From Lingula anatina (taxonomy: Eukaryota > Animalia > Brachiopoda): a stretch of DNA of 64,000 bases. Every line of letters begins with the position of its first letter. The stretch's first letter is position 1. Location: the NCBI GenBank assembly GCA_051362555.1, contig CM120644.1, positions 4,100,954-4,164,953 on the forward strand. Reading direction: 5' to 3'. This document shows positions 1 to 51,218 of the stretch, piece after piece. The notes under the pieces are model-generated. The model was not told where the DNA came from. It searched no databases and saw only the letters and a program-made list of their open reading frames with translations. The translations under genes and the position numbers were made by a program.

Positions 1-111
1 GACTATAACAGTTGAAATGCTCACATTTTCTCTACTTTACTTCCATACAGTCTCAGATGATATTTATTTCACTATTTTGCTTCTGCCAATATACCTCTAT
101 CTCTGTGACAG

Positions 112-3100
112 GAAGTGGAACCAAAATTGAAGTATGAGAGAATCCAGAATGATCTTACAACCATTCTACAGAAAGAGGCTGCTAGTTGTATGGCAGTTCA
201 CCCAAAGGTAAAGCTATAGAAACGGTAAGGACTCCATCTTCTTAGTGGGGAAAATTATATTTTACTGCTACTGTATTTTTTATAATGAAAATCTTAAAGA
301 GAGAACATTCCTATAAAGTTGTAGCAACAAAACTAAAAAGCAGCCTACCTAGGCTTATAGTTCTGTTCTATATAGAAAAAGAACCACGTGCTATAAGGAA
401 AAATGAACTTTAATGATTCCAAAATTATGTAGCAGAAAGACAGATAATTTTCCTCATTGAAAAGATATAATTAATATATATGTTGAAATAACAGTAGAAA
501 CAACTTGACAGCACCAAGTTATATATTAATTGATATCTGTTATTTATTTGTTTATTGATTTTTCTTTCAGTTCTTAGCCCTAGGTACTCACTGGGGAGGA
601 GTGTATATATTAGATCACAGTGGTAACAACATCAGAAACAAGGAGAGGAATCCAGTAAGTTAATGTCTAAGTTTAACTCTGAATTTTGAATTCAATTCAA
701 GTATTGACTGATTGTCTCCATCAAGAGATGTGACGTACCAAGAAACAATTCTCTTCTGTATGTTCATGGGAATTCACTAGACTTCTGTTTTTTGATTATT
801 CTCATTTTATTTATCTTGTTACTTAAGTTATTCAAATAAATAAATAAATAAATAAATAAATAAATAGATAAATATTATAAAAAATAAAAATAATAAGAAT
901 GAAAGAAAACTGAATATTATACATTTAGTTTTTTTTTTTTACTTTTCAGCATTCCACCACAGTGAACCAAATCAGCATAGACAGCAACGGAGACTACATG
1001 GCTAGCTGTTCAGATGATGGCAGGGTACGTGGTACGGTAATGGCTCTGTCATTTCAACAGGAAAAAATTATCAGTTTTTCATATATACATTAATATTTGG
1101 AATCATTAAAAATGCATTTCTGTGTTGCGTGCTTTTAATGTATAGAATAAAACTATTTGGTAGTCTGCTTTATTACTTAAAAAGGTACAGTATCTGTAAA
1201 ATTCATTATTTTCCTTGTTGAAGTGATCAAGCCATTACCATAGATTAAAAGTAAAATATTTAGAATTTTTCTTTGACCCTATTTAGCCAAACAACTCCTA
1301 AAGATTTATGTGTTAAAAATTCTGGTATCTGGTAATGACTAAGTTTAAAGTTAATGGTACATTCCATGGGTCTTTAAATCCCAAAAATGCTTATTTTTTG
1401 CCATCAACAGCTTCTTATGAAGTCTTTCATACACCATGCAGAGTTTACAGTATCATTTCCCTCTTTCTTTATTTCTTCTTTCTATATACATATACTTGGT
1501 TGAATCTTATATTCCCATCAGGTTGTCATCATAGGCCTGTATGGCTCAGACAATAATCAAGAGTTCCAGTTTGATCGTCCAATCAAAGCCGTGTCCCTGG
1601 ACCCAGGATTTTACCGCCCTAACATGGGGCGACAGTACGTCACTGGAGACGAGAAGGTAAGAAGGATGGGGGGGACAACAGACTTCACTGATCAGATAGT
1701 GTAGACACTGGTGTTTGTCTGGAGGGTGTTTGATTCATCTTAAATTGTAGGTGTAATACTGCCATTTTGCTTCATCTAACGACATTGAAAAATGTAGTTA
1801 TTGATGAAATAAAGACACTCAGCCAGCCCCTGTCACCCACCCTGTCGGCTCTTATATATTTGCTAGTTGAATAAGCTCCCCCCCCCCCCCCCAGATAAAA
1901 CATACATACCCTGCCCCCTGTGGATATGCCAGTGTACTTAATACAGTGATATTTGCACCCAACAAACACAACAAAATGTTCATTCTTCCAGCTCACTCTT
2001 CATGAGAAAGGTTTCCTGAGTCGACACAAGACAACCATACTTCATGATGGGGAAGGTCCTATTAGGAATATCAAGTGGAGGTCATACTTCATTGCATGGA
2101 CAAATGATAGGGTGAGTTACCAATAAAAGAGCACTTGGAAATATCTTGTTATTATTTTTTATTATCTACAATTGGCTGAATAATATTCAAATAAAATGAT
2201 TACTATAAATTTATTTCTATATATTATTGCAATTTCTTTTCATTAATTATTTTTAATTTTATATTTAGGGTTTGAAAATGACAAGGACAGGTGAATGAAT
2301 CACACCAATGCAGATTTTAAAATTAAAATATTTATATATTGTCAATAGATATTTTTATCTCATTGTCTTTTATTTGATTTGATTCATTTTATCAAGGGTA
2401 TTAAAGTATATGACATGAGCACCAAGCAAAGAATCACATACATCCAGAAAGACATTGATAAGAGGTAAATATATTATATAAAGGTTACAGAACACATTTT
2501 CATTTGAGTGCCAATATCTCACGAGTTTTTCGTATCCTCATCTGTTTTCAGTTAGATTGTTGGGAATGGAAAGCCTGTATAAAACAGGTTCTTCAACACA
2601 CTTGTTGTCAAACATGCACAATAAAAGAAGGAGTATAGAAAATTGTATTCATGTTTACTAGACCTTGTCAGTGCATCTGTGTTGTTTGATGACAGTTTTT
2701 GGCTCCCCCCTTTCTCTCCCTCTCTCTCTTAGAAACCCTAATAAACTTAAGTAAATATTCATGGTATAAGTTTATGGCTGTCTTCCTTTTACCAAATCAT
2801 TTTGTTTGACCTATTTTACAATCAATAACAGCAGTGCCATTTACTATTTCTAGCCTCCGCTCAGAAATCTACCGCTGTCATTTGAGCTGGAAGGATGATA
2901 GAACTCTTTTGATTGGCTGGGCTGACAAGGTCAAAATTTGCGTCATTCGGGAAAGGGACAGGAATGATGTCCGAGACCTGCCTAGTCGATATGTAGAAAT
3001 AGGTGATAGCTGGGCATAGTGATGTATTTTTGTATACAGTAGAGGCAAAATTTCTTTGTAAGTAGCATGACTTAGATTGAAGATAAATAATGTGTGTTAG

Positions 3101-6100
3101 ACCTTTTCATTATAGTAAAGTTTAATTTTGTTAGATATTTAACAATTTCTCTTTGTATTCAGTGGCCATGTTTGATACAGATTTCTACATCTGTGGTATC
3201 GCACCAATGGCGGACAAGCTAGTGTTGTTGACATATGAGAAAGAAGAAGTAACTGTGAGTGATAGTTTGATAATTGGTGTATTTCTCTTAATGTGCCCAA
3301 TGTTTTTATCTTTAAGCTGGACAATTTTGATGGATTTTTATTAAAATTTTTGTTCATTTTAATTATTAAATAAATGTTGCTCAGAATTTCAAAAGATGAT
3401 AACATCTTCAAAAAATTTATGCATATAATGGCAGAAGGTTTCTGTCAGATCCCATCAGAAAAGAATTTAGAACAGAGCAAGCTGTTTCAAAACAAGTCTG
3501 TATCTTTGTCTATAAGACTTAATAACACTGAAGATACTGAAACTATTTTTAGGAGGGAGGCAAAGTGGTGGCAAACAGGCCCCACCTCCAAGTGATTGAC
3601 CCCAAAGTTGACAGCTACGAGGAGATCTCCGATGATGCTCTTTCCATACGTGGATTCCAGGAGTATAGATGTAGTGATTACCATTTAGGTGAGAAGGTCA
3701 TGTGTGGGGAAATTCTGGCTGTTGTTATGCTAGATGTGATTGTGCTAGACGTGACAATTTGGGGGGGGGGGGGGGGGAGGGGGTGATTGTTTTAGAAAAT
3801 TTGCAAAGGGGTGTACAGATTTGCCTGCTTTTATATACTTGTCCTAAGTTTTGTTTCTGTTTTATTTAACAGAGTCTATAATAGAAGAGAACCTGTTCTA
3901 TATCATTAGTCCTAAAGATGTGGTAGTGGCAAAACCAAGGGATCTGGATGACCATTTGGATTGGTTACTACAACATGAAATGTATGAGGTGTGTGTAAAG
4001 TAAAGTATTACTGCTAATCGTGGATATTGGGATCATCATAGAGAGAGAGCGATGCAACCTTATATACATGCTTTGTGTAATAGAGCTTTCTGCATTTTTC
4101 CTTTGCAAAGCATCATGAACAAAGCCACAAAGTTTCCCTGACTTTCCCCCAAGTACTTTACGTTACAAAGCAGCGTGCCAGACATTTAAGTTGCTTTAAC
4201 TGAATGCAATTTAGCTAAATTCCCCAAGGAGTTAGATTGATCCAGTTAGTGTTATGAGGTTGTAGGAATGCTCCCAAAAAGACAGGCTAATCTTGCTGTC
4301 TGGATATGCCTTTGGTACACACAGAAAATGTCTTCATGTTCATCACTTATGTGTTTTATACCTTGTGTTAAAGTAACACTGAGATAGCAGATTATTCTTA
4401 AGGTTTACCTTTGAGTTAACAACCCAGTGTATTAAAAAAAATGTTTTGTTATTTTTTCAGGAGGCCATGGAAGATGCATCAAAGAACAGCAGAGAGTTGA
4501 AGAGAAACTCATATCAGGTGGTGTGCCATGGTTTTAGACAGAATTTAAGATTTAAATGTCAAAGTATTCTTGATAAAATTAATAGTTTTCCTAGGGTCAA
4601 GTTTTATTAGTGTCTTGATATAGACCTAATATAGGGAGGTGGGTTGACATGAAAAGTAACCCAACTCTCTATAGCTTCTTTTTCTCTGACACAGCCATGT
4701 AACAGAAATGATACAGTTTACCATAAAAAAAAGTTTTAAAATGTGGTTGGATTTATGTTGGTGATAAAAATTTCTCTCTCTCTTTCTATCAGGAAATAGG
4801 CAGACTGTACCTGATGCATCTTCTTGAAGAGAGAGAGTTTGAGGAGGCGGCCAAGCTCTGTGTGAAGATTCTCGGGAAGAGCAAGGAAGCTTGGGAGGAT
4901 GCCATATACAAGTTTGCTCAGAGTAGACAACTTAGGGTGAGATAAAAATATTGAAAATATGAATGTTTTTTTTTTCTTTGTGAATATTTTTTTCTTACCT
5001 GCCTTGAGACAATACTTCAATATGCACAGGTGATTTTGATGCCATTTGTAAATTTTGATTTAATATGAAAGAATTATGGAAATATGACATTGTTCATTTG
5101 TCAATCGAACTTAAAAAGTTCAACAAATTTAAGAAGTTTACAAACTGCCGTTTAAGCATACTTCAGTTAACACAGTCACCCCAGCCCCAACTGACATAAT
5201 GGTGTCTATATATATCCAGGTCATAGCTCCATACATCCCCACAGGGAGGGGACAAGATGTCAAACTCAGTGAACCTATATATGAGATGGTGCTTAATGAT
5301 TTCTTACAGTCAGATTATGAGGTAGGACAGTCAAGATGTGTGTGTGCGTGTGTATGCATGTTTGTAATTTGTTCATCAATATGTTATATGTGTTTATGTT
5401 TGTATGTGTGTTTGCATGTCAAATTGATTCATTTTCATATTACAATATGATATATCATACTGCTATAGGTCTATCAGAATTGAATATACTTCAAAGTAAG
5501 GTGGAGAAAACACTTAAATGATCTGAAATTGCCCTAGATTTGGTGATTATACTTTCATATCCGGCTCAATGGAGTGACACATATACCTCTACTGTCTCAG
5601 TTTGAATATCTCTTAACTTAAAAGGATAATAACTCTTCGTTTTGTCAAAAAAATTAATTTTCCTGGAGTAAACAACAATTTTCCCATACTTACCAATGGT
5701 TAATGAATCCATTTTTACATTCGAAGTTAGACCCTGGTTTTTTTCTAAAAAGTTTTTTTTTTTTCTGTAATAATCTCTCTTAAGAGATAATTACAGAGTA
5801 TAGCCATCAATGGAGGTCACGTGGTCTAAAGACAAGCTCAGATATCAGAATAATAGCTATAACTGCCAGTTATCTTGTACAACAGAATATATAATATTTC
5901 TATGAGTTGTTCACAATGATTTTATTGTGAAATATAGATCTCATACAAAGAGTCATTATCCCTTTAACAACCTCTGTCAACAGAACCAGTAAAATATTTA
6001 TCTGTAAATTTTATACAGATTTTTATTTATTTTTGATGTCTTGGATTTTCATGATATCTTAATGTTTCAGGGTTTCAAACGGCGTATCAAGGAGTGGCCG

Positions 6101-7369
6101 CTGGGTCTGTACAACAATCAGGTGCTGGTAAATGCTGTCCTTGACCGGCTGGACAGTGACGAGACCAATATCACTCTACTGGAGTGTCTGGGAGAACTGT
6201 AAGTATTGTTGTATTTCAGATTATTAGAAAATGGAGCCTTTATGAAAGTTTTTACTGGATTTTATTACATGGGGAACCTCAGCTGAAAAAAAATGGGGGT
6301 ATTTCAAGTCACAGTGTTATAGGTGGAATGGGGGTGGAGACGACAATTTTCATGTAGATACTGGTACTTTATATCAAGAACACGCAAAAGTGTTACAACC
6401 AGAAACATTAATTTCATCATATAAAACACTGATGAGACTTTTCCGACTTTTGTCAGAATTCTGCCTTTTCAGGGTCATTTGGGTTATTCTTATGAAAGGT
6501 GTACCCTGAACCCCCGGCCAATTTTCCTACTTTTTCAGTAAAGACTGGTCTCATCCCTGATATATGACTGTGATAACATGAGATTTCATCTGATGCAACC
6601 ATGAGTCATTCATCATTACGCTGAAATGTATCTCAATATCTCATTCCAGTTATACCAATGCCAGGCAGTTTGACAAGTCTTTGGCAATATTTCTCAGGTA
6701 GAGAATAAGTGTAGTACAGTTTTCATTGAGTACATCATTGTGGAACCAAAATAAGTCTTAATGTGATTTGTAAATTGATTCATTTTACCCAGAATTTGGT
6801 TTTGCATAATAAAGAGTGATATATTTGTCATAAATACTATACTATACTGCAGGGGCGGATTTAGGCCGTCTTCTGGGTCTTCCGGAAGACGGTCAGATTT
6901 TCAAGTTTACATTGACGGGTATCCAATTTTTCATGTTGGAAGATGGTCAAAATTGAAGGATGAATCAACAAAGATAATTTGGAAGACTGTCAGTAAATAG
7001 CTCTGGATCCGCCCCTGTACTGATATGTTATATAAATGTAACACATTGTCAGCTTTTACCCATCTCAATTAAGTGTACAATACATGCCTAAGTCAGTGAT
7101 TCAAAAACAAAACCTCTTTTATTCTAAAATTGAGAAGATAAATGAATCAAAACCTTTCTGTCATTACTTAAACCTGTCCTATCCTCACTCTTCTAACCAT
7201 ATTCCAGGTTACAGCATCCAGAGGTTTTCCAGCTAATTCACAAACATAACCTGTTTGACTCCATCGCTGACAAGATTGTCATGTTGATGAAGTTTAACAG
7301 AGAGAAGGCAGTCGAGATGTTTCTGGACAACATGGACAAAGTGCCGGTCAGTTTCAGACAACACAACTG

Positions 7370-7442
<73 letters not shown>

Positions 7443-10400
7443 GAGAGAGAGATACTTACATTAAAAAAGTTTTAATATCATATACTTGAGTGTCCTGTAA
7501 AATTGTAAGGTCGGCAATAGGTTAAAATTTTTATTTATGCAAAATATGACTTGATGACTTACCTCCTATTTTATGTTCTGACTTTTAGGAAGAACGAAAT
7601 TGAGAGAAAAATATAAATGTGTGATTTATTTGATTTAAAATATTTAAATGATATTGTTAGTTTGGTATTTTTTCAAGCAAAATGTCAACCATTATTGTGT
7701 TTTGATTTTTTCCATGTAATATTCCTCTTTGTTCAGATCAAGGAAGTTGTACATCAGCTGGAGAAAACACCTGAACTTCTTCATGTGGTGAGTGAAGTAC
7801 AGTTTTTAAAAATTATTTTTATGCATGCTGCATTCAGGAACAAGTTCACTACTAATCAAGTTTATCACCTACTCAGTTTTATCACATAAAAGAGTGTGTC
7901 CATGTTTTATTAAAACCATTTACACCAGGAACAATTTCTGAAAAAAAAAGAAGGAAAAAAAAAAACTTGACCTAGTTTTGTGACCTACTTTCAGTACCTG
8001 GACAGGCTGTTCCAGAAGGACCACCACATTGGTCAAGAGTTCCATGCACTGCAAGTCAAACTGTATGCCGAGTACGACCGGTCAAAACTGCTGTCCTTCC
8101 TGCGTAGCAGCAACTACTACCCTCTCCAGAAAGCCCTAGAGGAGTGCCAACAGAGACAGCTCTACCCTGAGATGGTGTTCCTGCTTGGTAAGACAGGGAG
8201 AGAGAGAGAGTGAAAAGAAATCATCAAATAATACTGCAATTTGAGAAAATTAAATACGTTGTTAAAAAATGTTTTCTAGTGAAAAGTGTCATCCATATTC
8301 GATTGTGCTAGTTGCTAGTAATGTGTATTCTCGGAGGGACATATTATGTTATCTGAACTAGGAGATGACTGCTACTAAACCAGATTTTACCCTCAATTTT
8401 TGAGCCCAGTGGTCATACTGAAACTGACAGACTACAGAATAGACTGAATCAATTTAAATTAAACCAAAAAATGAGTTCTGTCATTTTACATAGCATGGAG
8501 AAATGATTTATATCACATGCTAACATCTGATGATCCACTTGAACTAGTACCTTAGAAAAATCCCACATTTTGACTAGTCTGGTTCTTAATATACTGGTCA
8601 ACTGACTGGCACCAGTGAGTAAAAAGTGTCCAACTTGTTTCTTTAAGGTCGTATGGGGAACACCAAGCAGGCTCTGATGCTGATCACGCGAGAGCTGGGA
8701 GATGTCAGCCAAGCTATAGAGTTCTGTAAGGAACACAATGACCAGGACCTGTGGGATGACTTGATAGATTTCTCCATTGGGAAACCTTGTAAGTATTATG
8801 GCAATGGCTCTATCGTTCCAACCGGAAAAGTTGTGAATTTTGCAGATATTGTACGTTTTAAGTAAAAAATTCTTGAAATTAGAATGTTACTGTGGAGTGG
8901 AAGCAACACAATTGAAATGCAGACTACTTGATAGATCTGGCCCCCGTAACTCGAAAGCATCGCGCATTGTGACCGAGCGCAAGCATCTCGATTCCATAAC
9001 TCGTCCATACTCGCCCCATATAATACAATGTAGCCTGTGATAAAGATGTGATAAAGCTATTCGCAATGCGCAATGCCTTCGAGTTACGGGGCCCTGTTCT
9101 ATATGGTAATAGCACCAAAATGCCACATAGAAATGTACTTTAAATGATTTCATAATTATGTAGCTGAAAAATTGATAACTTCTCCTGGTTGTATTATTAT
9201 TATTATTAGTGTTATTATTATTGTCATGAAGGTTAATGAATTCACAAATTTGGTAGCTAATGTTTCTTTATTGAAGTACAAAAGCACTTTCCCTTTTTAT
9301 CACCTGGGTAGCTTTGAATAAAGTAATAGCTACAAATACCTAGCTTTTAAAAAAAGAACCAACTTCAGATAATGATATCCAATTTTGGCCAAATTGAATT
9401 TTTAACTAAATCAATGTCTAAAAAAAAATCAGGAAATAAATCATCAAGCTTATGTGTGTGTTATGAGCTTTAATGTCTTATTCACTGAATTAAGTTGTTT
9501 TATTTCCATTCCAGTGTTCATCAAGGGATTATTGAACAACATAGGGACTCACGTGGACCCCATCATCCTGATTAAAAAGATCCGAGAAGGCATGGAAATC
9601 CCAGGGCTACGAGATTCCCTGGTCAAGATTCTTCATGATTACAATTTACAGGTAAATACTGGAGGATAGGGGCGCTTTATAGAAATGAACAGGTGAAAAA
9701 TACACCAGGTGACCAAAATATCATATTGAGTTAATACAGAAAGACGTGAAAAATATACTGAAGTGAGGAAAAATTATTGCAAATGTCTCTTTAAGATAAT
9801 GCTAGATGAAAAAGCGTTTCTGGAGTAAAAGCTCTTGGTAGCTACATGCTACAGAAGACAAAGGGGAGGGCGGGAGCATAAGAGTATGACAGATAGCTTG
9901 GAAACTGCTTCCTTTTGATAACTTTTAAGTTTTGATATGGATATAAATGTTTTAGATGTCATTGAGAGAGGGGTGTCAGAAGATTCTGGTGAAAGATTGT
10001 TATGGTTTATTGGAGCGTCTTGTCAAAACACAGAGAAGAGGAATATGTGTGGACAGTGAGTTATCTTTACTATAATTAGAAACTTAAAAAAATACTACCC
10101 AAATAGTCTTTCTTATTAAGCGTTACTGAAGCATAAATGGATACATAAAAAAAACTTTTTAAGAATATTACACAAATGGTCTTATTTAGTGTCATTGGAA
10201 GCATAAATAGATACAAAACAAGTCCTAATTTACCCAAAAATATTTCCTTACATTTTTGCCTTGACTAGTTTCTCATTATATATATTAGAAAAAAATGAGA
10301 GAATTTCATGTGATTTCAGGTGAACTGAAGTGCCAGACTTGTCACAACACAATACTAGTCAGAGGTAGGCATCTGTTTGGTTGGAATTTATTACAGATCA

Positions 10401-11441
10401 ACATTTTTCCACTTTAAGATTAAAAAGAATATATTAACATTTGTTTTTTAGTTATGGTCAATGTTATCATGAAGGAAAATGTGAACTTTATCATAAATTA
10501 ACATTGATAAAAATTGTATAATTGTATAATTTCAATTTATATAATTTATAAAAATTTAAATGGTAACAGATATTTTATTAATTTTTATTCAAATTTTATT
10601 TAAACTGACAGTTAACATGGTTATAAATACATAATCAGCTGTAAGTGGGAAAGAAATAATGATATATTTATTTTTTAATTCCAGACATGCGGTTTGCTAG
10701 TGATGTTGTTATTTTCTACTGTCGCCATGCATTCCATGAAGATTGTCTTCCAGCAAATGCCACTGTACGTTCTTTCAATATCTCACTGCAAAAATTTGGT
10801 ACAGATATGTTTAAAGCAAGAACTTTTTTCTCTCAATTATTTAAGAATTTTCCTGGAGTAATTCAATTTTCTTCCATTTTAACATTTAACTTGCTTTTTA
10901 TCATATGAAAAAAAGTATTAAATCAGAGATGTTGCAATTATTTCATTAATTAAAAAAAAAGACATGTAAATTCATTTTCAAAAATCTTGCTAATTCCTCA
11001 AGTAAAAGCTTAAAAAAGCTTAAAAACAGTAGTTCTGCAGTGTGGTTGGAGTGACTTGTTGAACTGATTGTGGTTGGTGTGATTTCAACACATTGCATGG
11101 ATGAGACAAAACACAATCGTTGCCTTTAAGGCAATATTGTTCCACACCTTTCCTTTTGAATTTGACCAATTAAAAAGCCTGATACATAGAAAAAAGAAAT
11201 TAATAATGTTTTTGAGTTTTTTCTTCAGGAAAAAAAAACATTTTTTTCTTTTAATATAATCCTTTTCTTTTCTCTTTTGAAAAAATATTTTATTACTCAT
11301 GTTGAGCCTGTTAGCAGATTTTTCCCAATGAATAAAATATTGTTGGAACTTAAAGTTTCAAAATGTCCGTTTCAGGAAAACTGCAGTATCTGTAATGCCC
11401 AGAGGAGAGGTCCTGGCAGCACCATCACATTCAGGAAATGA
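112..11441 (+). CDS. VPS41: Vacuolar protein sorting-associated protein 41 (HOPS subunit), 5'-partial, 24 coding exons
   Basis: Exons joined by hand, all AG/GT with consistent phase: 112-207, 571-654, 950-1024, 1522-1656, 1992-2111, 2397-2464, 2854-3002, 3163-3254, 3553-3688, 3873-3988, 4461-4517, 4793-4936, 5220-5321, 6071-6198, 6650-6697, 7208-7346, 7737-7787, 7995-8187, 8648-8788, 9515-9651, 9956-10055, 10320-10364, 10685-10764, 11376-11441 (TGA). Translation shows Vps41 hallmarks: EPKLKYER, FLALGTHWG, ASCSDDGR (WD40 propeller), SPKDVVVAKPRDLDDH, FLRSSNYYPLQKALEEC and GRMGNTKQAL (clathrin-repeat region), and a C-terminal RING-H2 (CQTC...CRHAFHEDC...CSIC). Start codon lies upstream of the window. 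Confidence 0.97.
5622..5963. mobile_element. Non-autonomous TTAA-target DNA transposon (Kolobok-like), copy 1
   Basis: TTAA on both sides (5618-5621, 5964-5967); TIR A(A/G)GGATAATAACTCTTCGT...TACAAAGAGTCATTATCCCT; a closely similar second copy lies at 22702-23271. Superfamily inferred from TTAA TSD plus purine-purine termini. Confidence 0.8.
6850..7017. mobile_element. MITE with CAGGGGCGGAT TIRs and 5-bp TSD
   Basis: CAGGGGCGGAT at 6850 and ATCCGCCCCTG ending 7017; TACTG duplicated at 6845-6849 and 7018-7022. Confidence 0.8.
7372..7452. repeat. Compound (TA)n(GA)n microsatellite
   Basis: Directly visible dinucleotide runs in a VPS41 intron. Confidence 0.95.
8940..9093. mobile_element. MITE with ~33-bp TIRs and CTG TSD (PIF/Harbinger-like)
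   Basis: GCCCCCGTAACTCGAAAGCATCGCGCATTGTGA ... TCGCAATGCGCAATGCCTTCGAGTTACGGGGCC, with CTG at 8937-8939 and 9094-9096. Confidence 0.7.
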
Positions 11442-11889
11442 CCAGCATGAGTGACATTGCTTGACCAACTTGATGGACATTGTTAAACCATAATAATGGA
11501 CAGAATTTAACCAACATGATGGATGTGGCTTGGGCAACATAATGGGAAAGGCATGATTGATTTATCTCATGTATATCTGATCCTCACTTGATTGATTTTT
11601 CTATTACTTGTACAAAACAGAAAATTAAGCTGAGATCTTTAATTTTAAAGACTGCTTTATGTACAGTTAAAGGTCATGTTCACAGCTGTTTACAAGAGGG
11701 TGGAAACTTAAATTTAAATTTTTGGGCACAGTTTAAATGATGCTGTGTGACTTGTTTTCTATTATTTAATGATATACTGGTGGTCATACCACACACAAAC
11801 AAACTGAAAGAAATTATGTAATCAAACTTGGGTCATTGATTGTTATTGTCAGCAACTACATTTTCAGTTGTAATATCTTGATATATGTA

Positions 11890-11895
11890 AATAAA
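11890..11895 (+). terminator. Probable VPS41 polyadenylation signal (AATAAA)
   Basis: AATAAA about 450 nt after the stop codon, followed by a GT/T-rich tract (TTGCTTGGTGTTTTTT); an alternative AATAAA lies at 12231-12236. Confidence 0.55.
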
Positions 11896-12148
11896 ATGAA
11901 TTATTGATGTCATTGCTTGGTGTTTTTTAAATCTTACTTTACATGTGAGTGGTATGTACAATTTAAATTAAGATATTGATTATCGGTGTTTAACTAGGGT
12001 GGTCAGTTTTAAGTATTTTCTTGAATAATGCCCATTAAAAAAAGCTTACGATAGAAAGGAAGTTGACAAAGAATATTTACCAGCATATTAAAAAGTACTT
12101 TTACCTTGTAGTGCCCCCCCTCCACACACACAGACACACACACAGACC

Positions 12149-12198
<50 letters not shown>

Positions 12199-12473
12199 GA
12201 AGGACAGTTTATTGGGTTTTAGTTTTCTGTAATAAAATGCGTATTGTTTTTTGCCTTGCCGTGAGAGGGCAGCACATATTAAAATGAATGATTGTTGACC
12301 AAGAGAAGACGACATTAAATAAATTGTTGTTCAATTTGCAATTCCTGGTTCTCTATCACAATATAAACATAGCTATCTTTTTAATGACTGCTAAATGTTC
12401 TTAATCATACTGCTGAAAGGGCATCGAGGCAACTGATAACGAGAGCAAACAGAAAAGTTTGAAAAGGACGGAA

Positions 12474-12530
12474 GGTTCAGAGAGAGGTCAAATTGTGACG
12501 TCAGAGGTCATCAAACCGCTCCATTCATTC
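12474..12530 (+). promoter_or_regulatory. Putative promoter of the STK17/DRAK gene (CRE, nuclear-receptor half-sites, Inr-like motif)
   Basis: Start of a relatively CpG-rich stretch upstream of exon 1; GGTTCA(12474)-N5-AGGTCA(12485), perfect TGACGTCA (12496-12503), AGGTCA (12505), TCATTC (12525). Motif matches only. Confidence 0.4.
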
Positions 12531-13104
12531 ATGATGCAGCACACAGGAATTTTGTGGCCGAGCGAAAGAAGGTAGTTCAACAAAACTGCGGGAAATTAAC
12601 AAGCTTATAAACGCTCAACGCATCAAGGAAGTTAGGTTGTACTGATTTTGATTACCAAGCAGGTTGATATTGGATACCTGACGGGAAATTTGTGCGCGAG
12701 GTGTCGGACTCCGGTGACAAATTCATAACTGCCATTTGAAGTTTTGCACCGATTCGAGTTTGTCATTAGAGGGGATAAGCAGTTATCTGCGTTCATAAAA
12801 TTATCTTCACATATCTCACATTTATAATGTGACCTAACCGTTTCTGGTCGACGTCATTCTGTTTAAATCTGAATTATCATCAGCACGAGCGAGGAATTAA
12901 TTGTGGACAATCAGACTGCACTGGTGACAGATCGTGATAATAAGGCCGAAAATATTCAATTTTTTTCACACGGTCTTTTTAACTTGGTCAGAACGGGTAA
13001 AAAGTTGGATCAAGCAACACAACCTTCTTGTGTCACACCAACAGACACAGAGAGGGTCGCAGTGAAGGGACACCAGTGAATTTTACCACATTTGTGGGCC
13101 AACG

Positions 13105-49741
<36,637 letters not shown>

Positions 49742-50590
49742 GTATGTCACCCATGTGCAACTTAACTGTAGACATAAAATGTAAAATGTCCTGTTTCCTT
49801 TTTTCAGAATTTTTTTTTTATTTGTGTGTGTACTCTATAAGGGAATGTGTGTGTGTGTGTGCAAATGTGCATGCCGCAGGGAGAGAGTAACAAGGAGGGG
49901 GGTGGGGGGAGAGAAAGAGAGAGGATCAGTGGAGAAAGAGATCTTGTAACAAAGAATAAACACCCAGTGGGACCTGCTGCCATGTTGCTCCAAGCACAGT
50001 GTGTTTCAGCCAGTTTTTTCTCACTAAGAAATCATTGACTTATTGGGCAAAGTACCAACAGTTTACTACTAGCGAGGTTATACGACTGCAGGACGTTTGC
50101 AGTGTCATTTTGTTAGATTTATTTTTCTACTTTGGCAAATCCAAGCCTTCCCGACAGTAACAGTGCAAATCGTTGCAAATTTACTTGTTCTTTTTCAGTA
50201 GGCTTTTTTACTTGTGCTCTACGTGTTCCCTTATTTTTCCCCTAAAACTTGGCAATTTTTTATTAATTTTTTTTTTTCTTTTGGTTTATTAATATAATAA
50301 GACCTGGTATGAAGTATTGCATTTTGATGATGTTGTTTTCATGATTGTTTTTGTGATGTTTTTTAAATGTTTTTTTAGCATAACTGTCAGTAAGACTTCA
50401 CAAAAAAAAAAACAGGAGGATAAAATGTAGCAAAATCAAAGAATGTTAACGACTGTTATTGTTATTTGCAAGTGTCTGACACTCTGCTCTCTGCTATAAT
50501 GATAGATCACATTGTGTTCCCTGACTTTTCAAATCTCAGCTTTCCATTATTCTCAGTTCTTGACCACAACACCCCAACCTGGGTGACTTA

Positions 50591-50907
50591 CAGGCCTACC
50601 CAACTACCAGACTCGGCACCGAATGATCCTGAATTCACCGGTAGATCAGACCACACTACCCGTTTTCAAGGTGTGTGTCAGTTCGCATTACACAGTATCA
50701 GACGTGACACCGCTCTTGCCTAGTACGCGATGTGATAGTGACGATTCTCAGCGGGGTTGAAAAGCATTGCATCACCACTCAAAATTTGTTCAGGGTATGA
50801 TACTGTGTAATACGATCTTACACACACCTTGAAAACGGGTAGTATGGTCTGATCTACTGGTGAATTCAGGATCATTCAGTGCCGAGTCTGGTAGTTGGGT
50901 AGGCCTG
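50591..50907. mobile_element. Short, internally deleted copy of the 18850 family, opposite orientation
   Basis: CAGGCCTACCCAACTACCAGACTCGGCAC TIRs; interior matches the reverse complement of ~19625-19710 and ~18950-18978; flanks ACTTA / ATTTA. Confidence 0.85.
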
Positions 50908-51003
50908 ATTTAATTTGAGCTGAGTACACCCTGGTCTTTAAAGGGGCTCTACAGAGTCAGCACCAATCACAACAGTGGCAAGAGTGGCAAAGTCATAAAA
51001 AGC

Positions 51004-51218
51004 TTTATCATTAGCTAAGACTTTATATTCATATATCAAATTTTTGTTCATTTTATGATCTAATGGTTGATAATGGATAAAGTAATGGGGCAATGGAGTC
51101 ACTTCCTACGTAATGGATCGCGGTTCGCGAGCTGCCAATTACATAATATTATGTTGGATTACGCAAAGCTTAAAGCTTAACTCTGTAGATCATAAAAGGT
51201 GGGGATTACTTCCCGCCA
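51004..51218 (-). repeat. Split direct repeat B2 (215 bp)
   Basis: No differences seen by eye versus 51628-51842. Confidence 0.93.
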
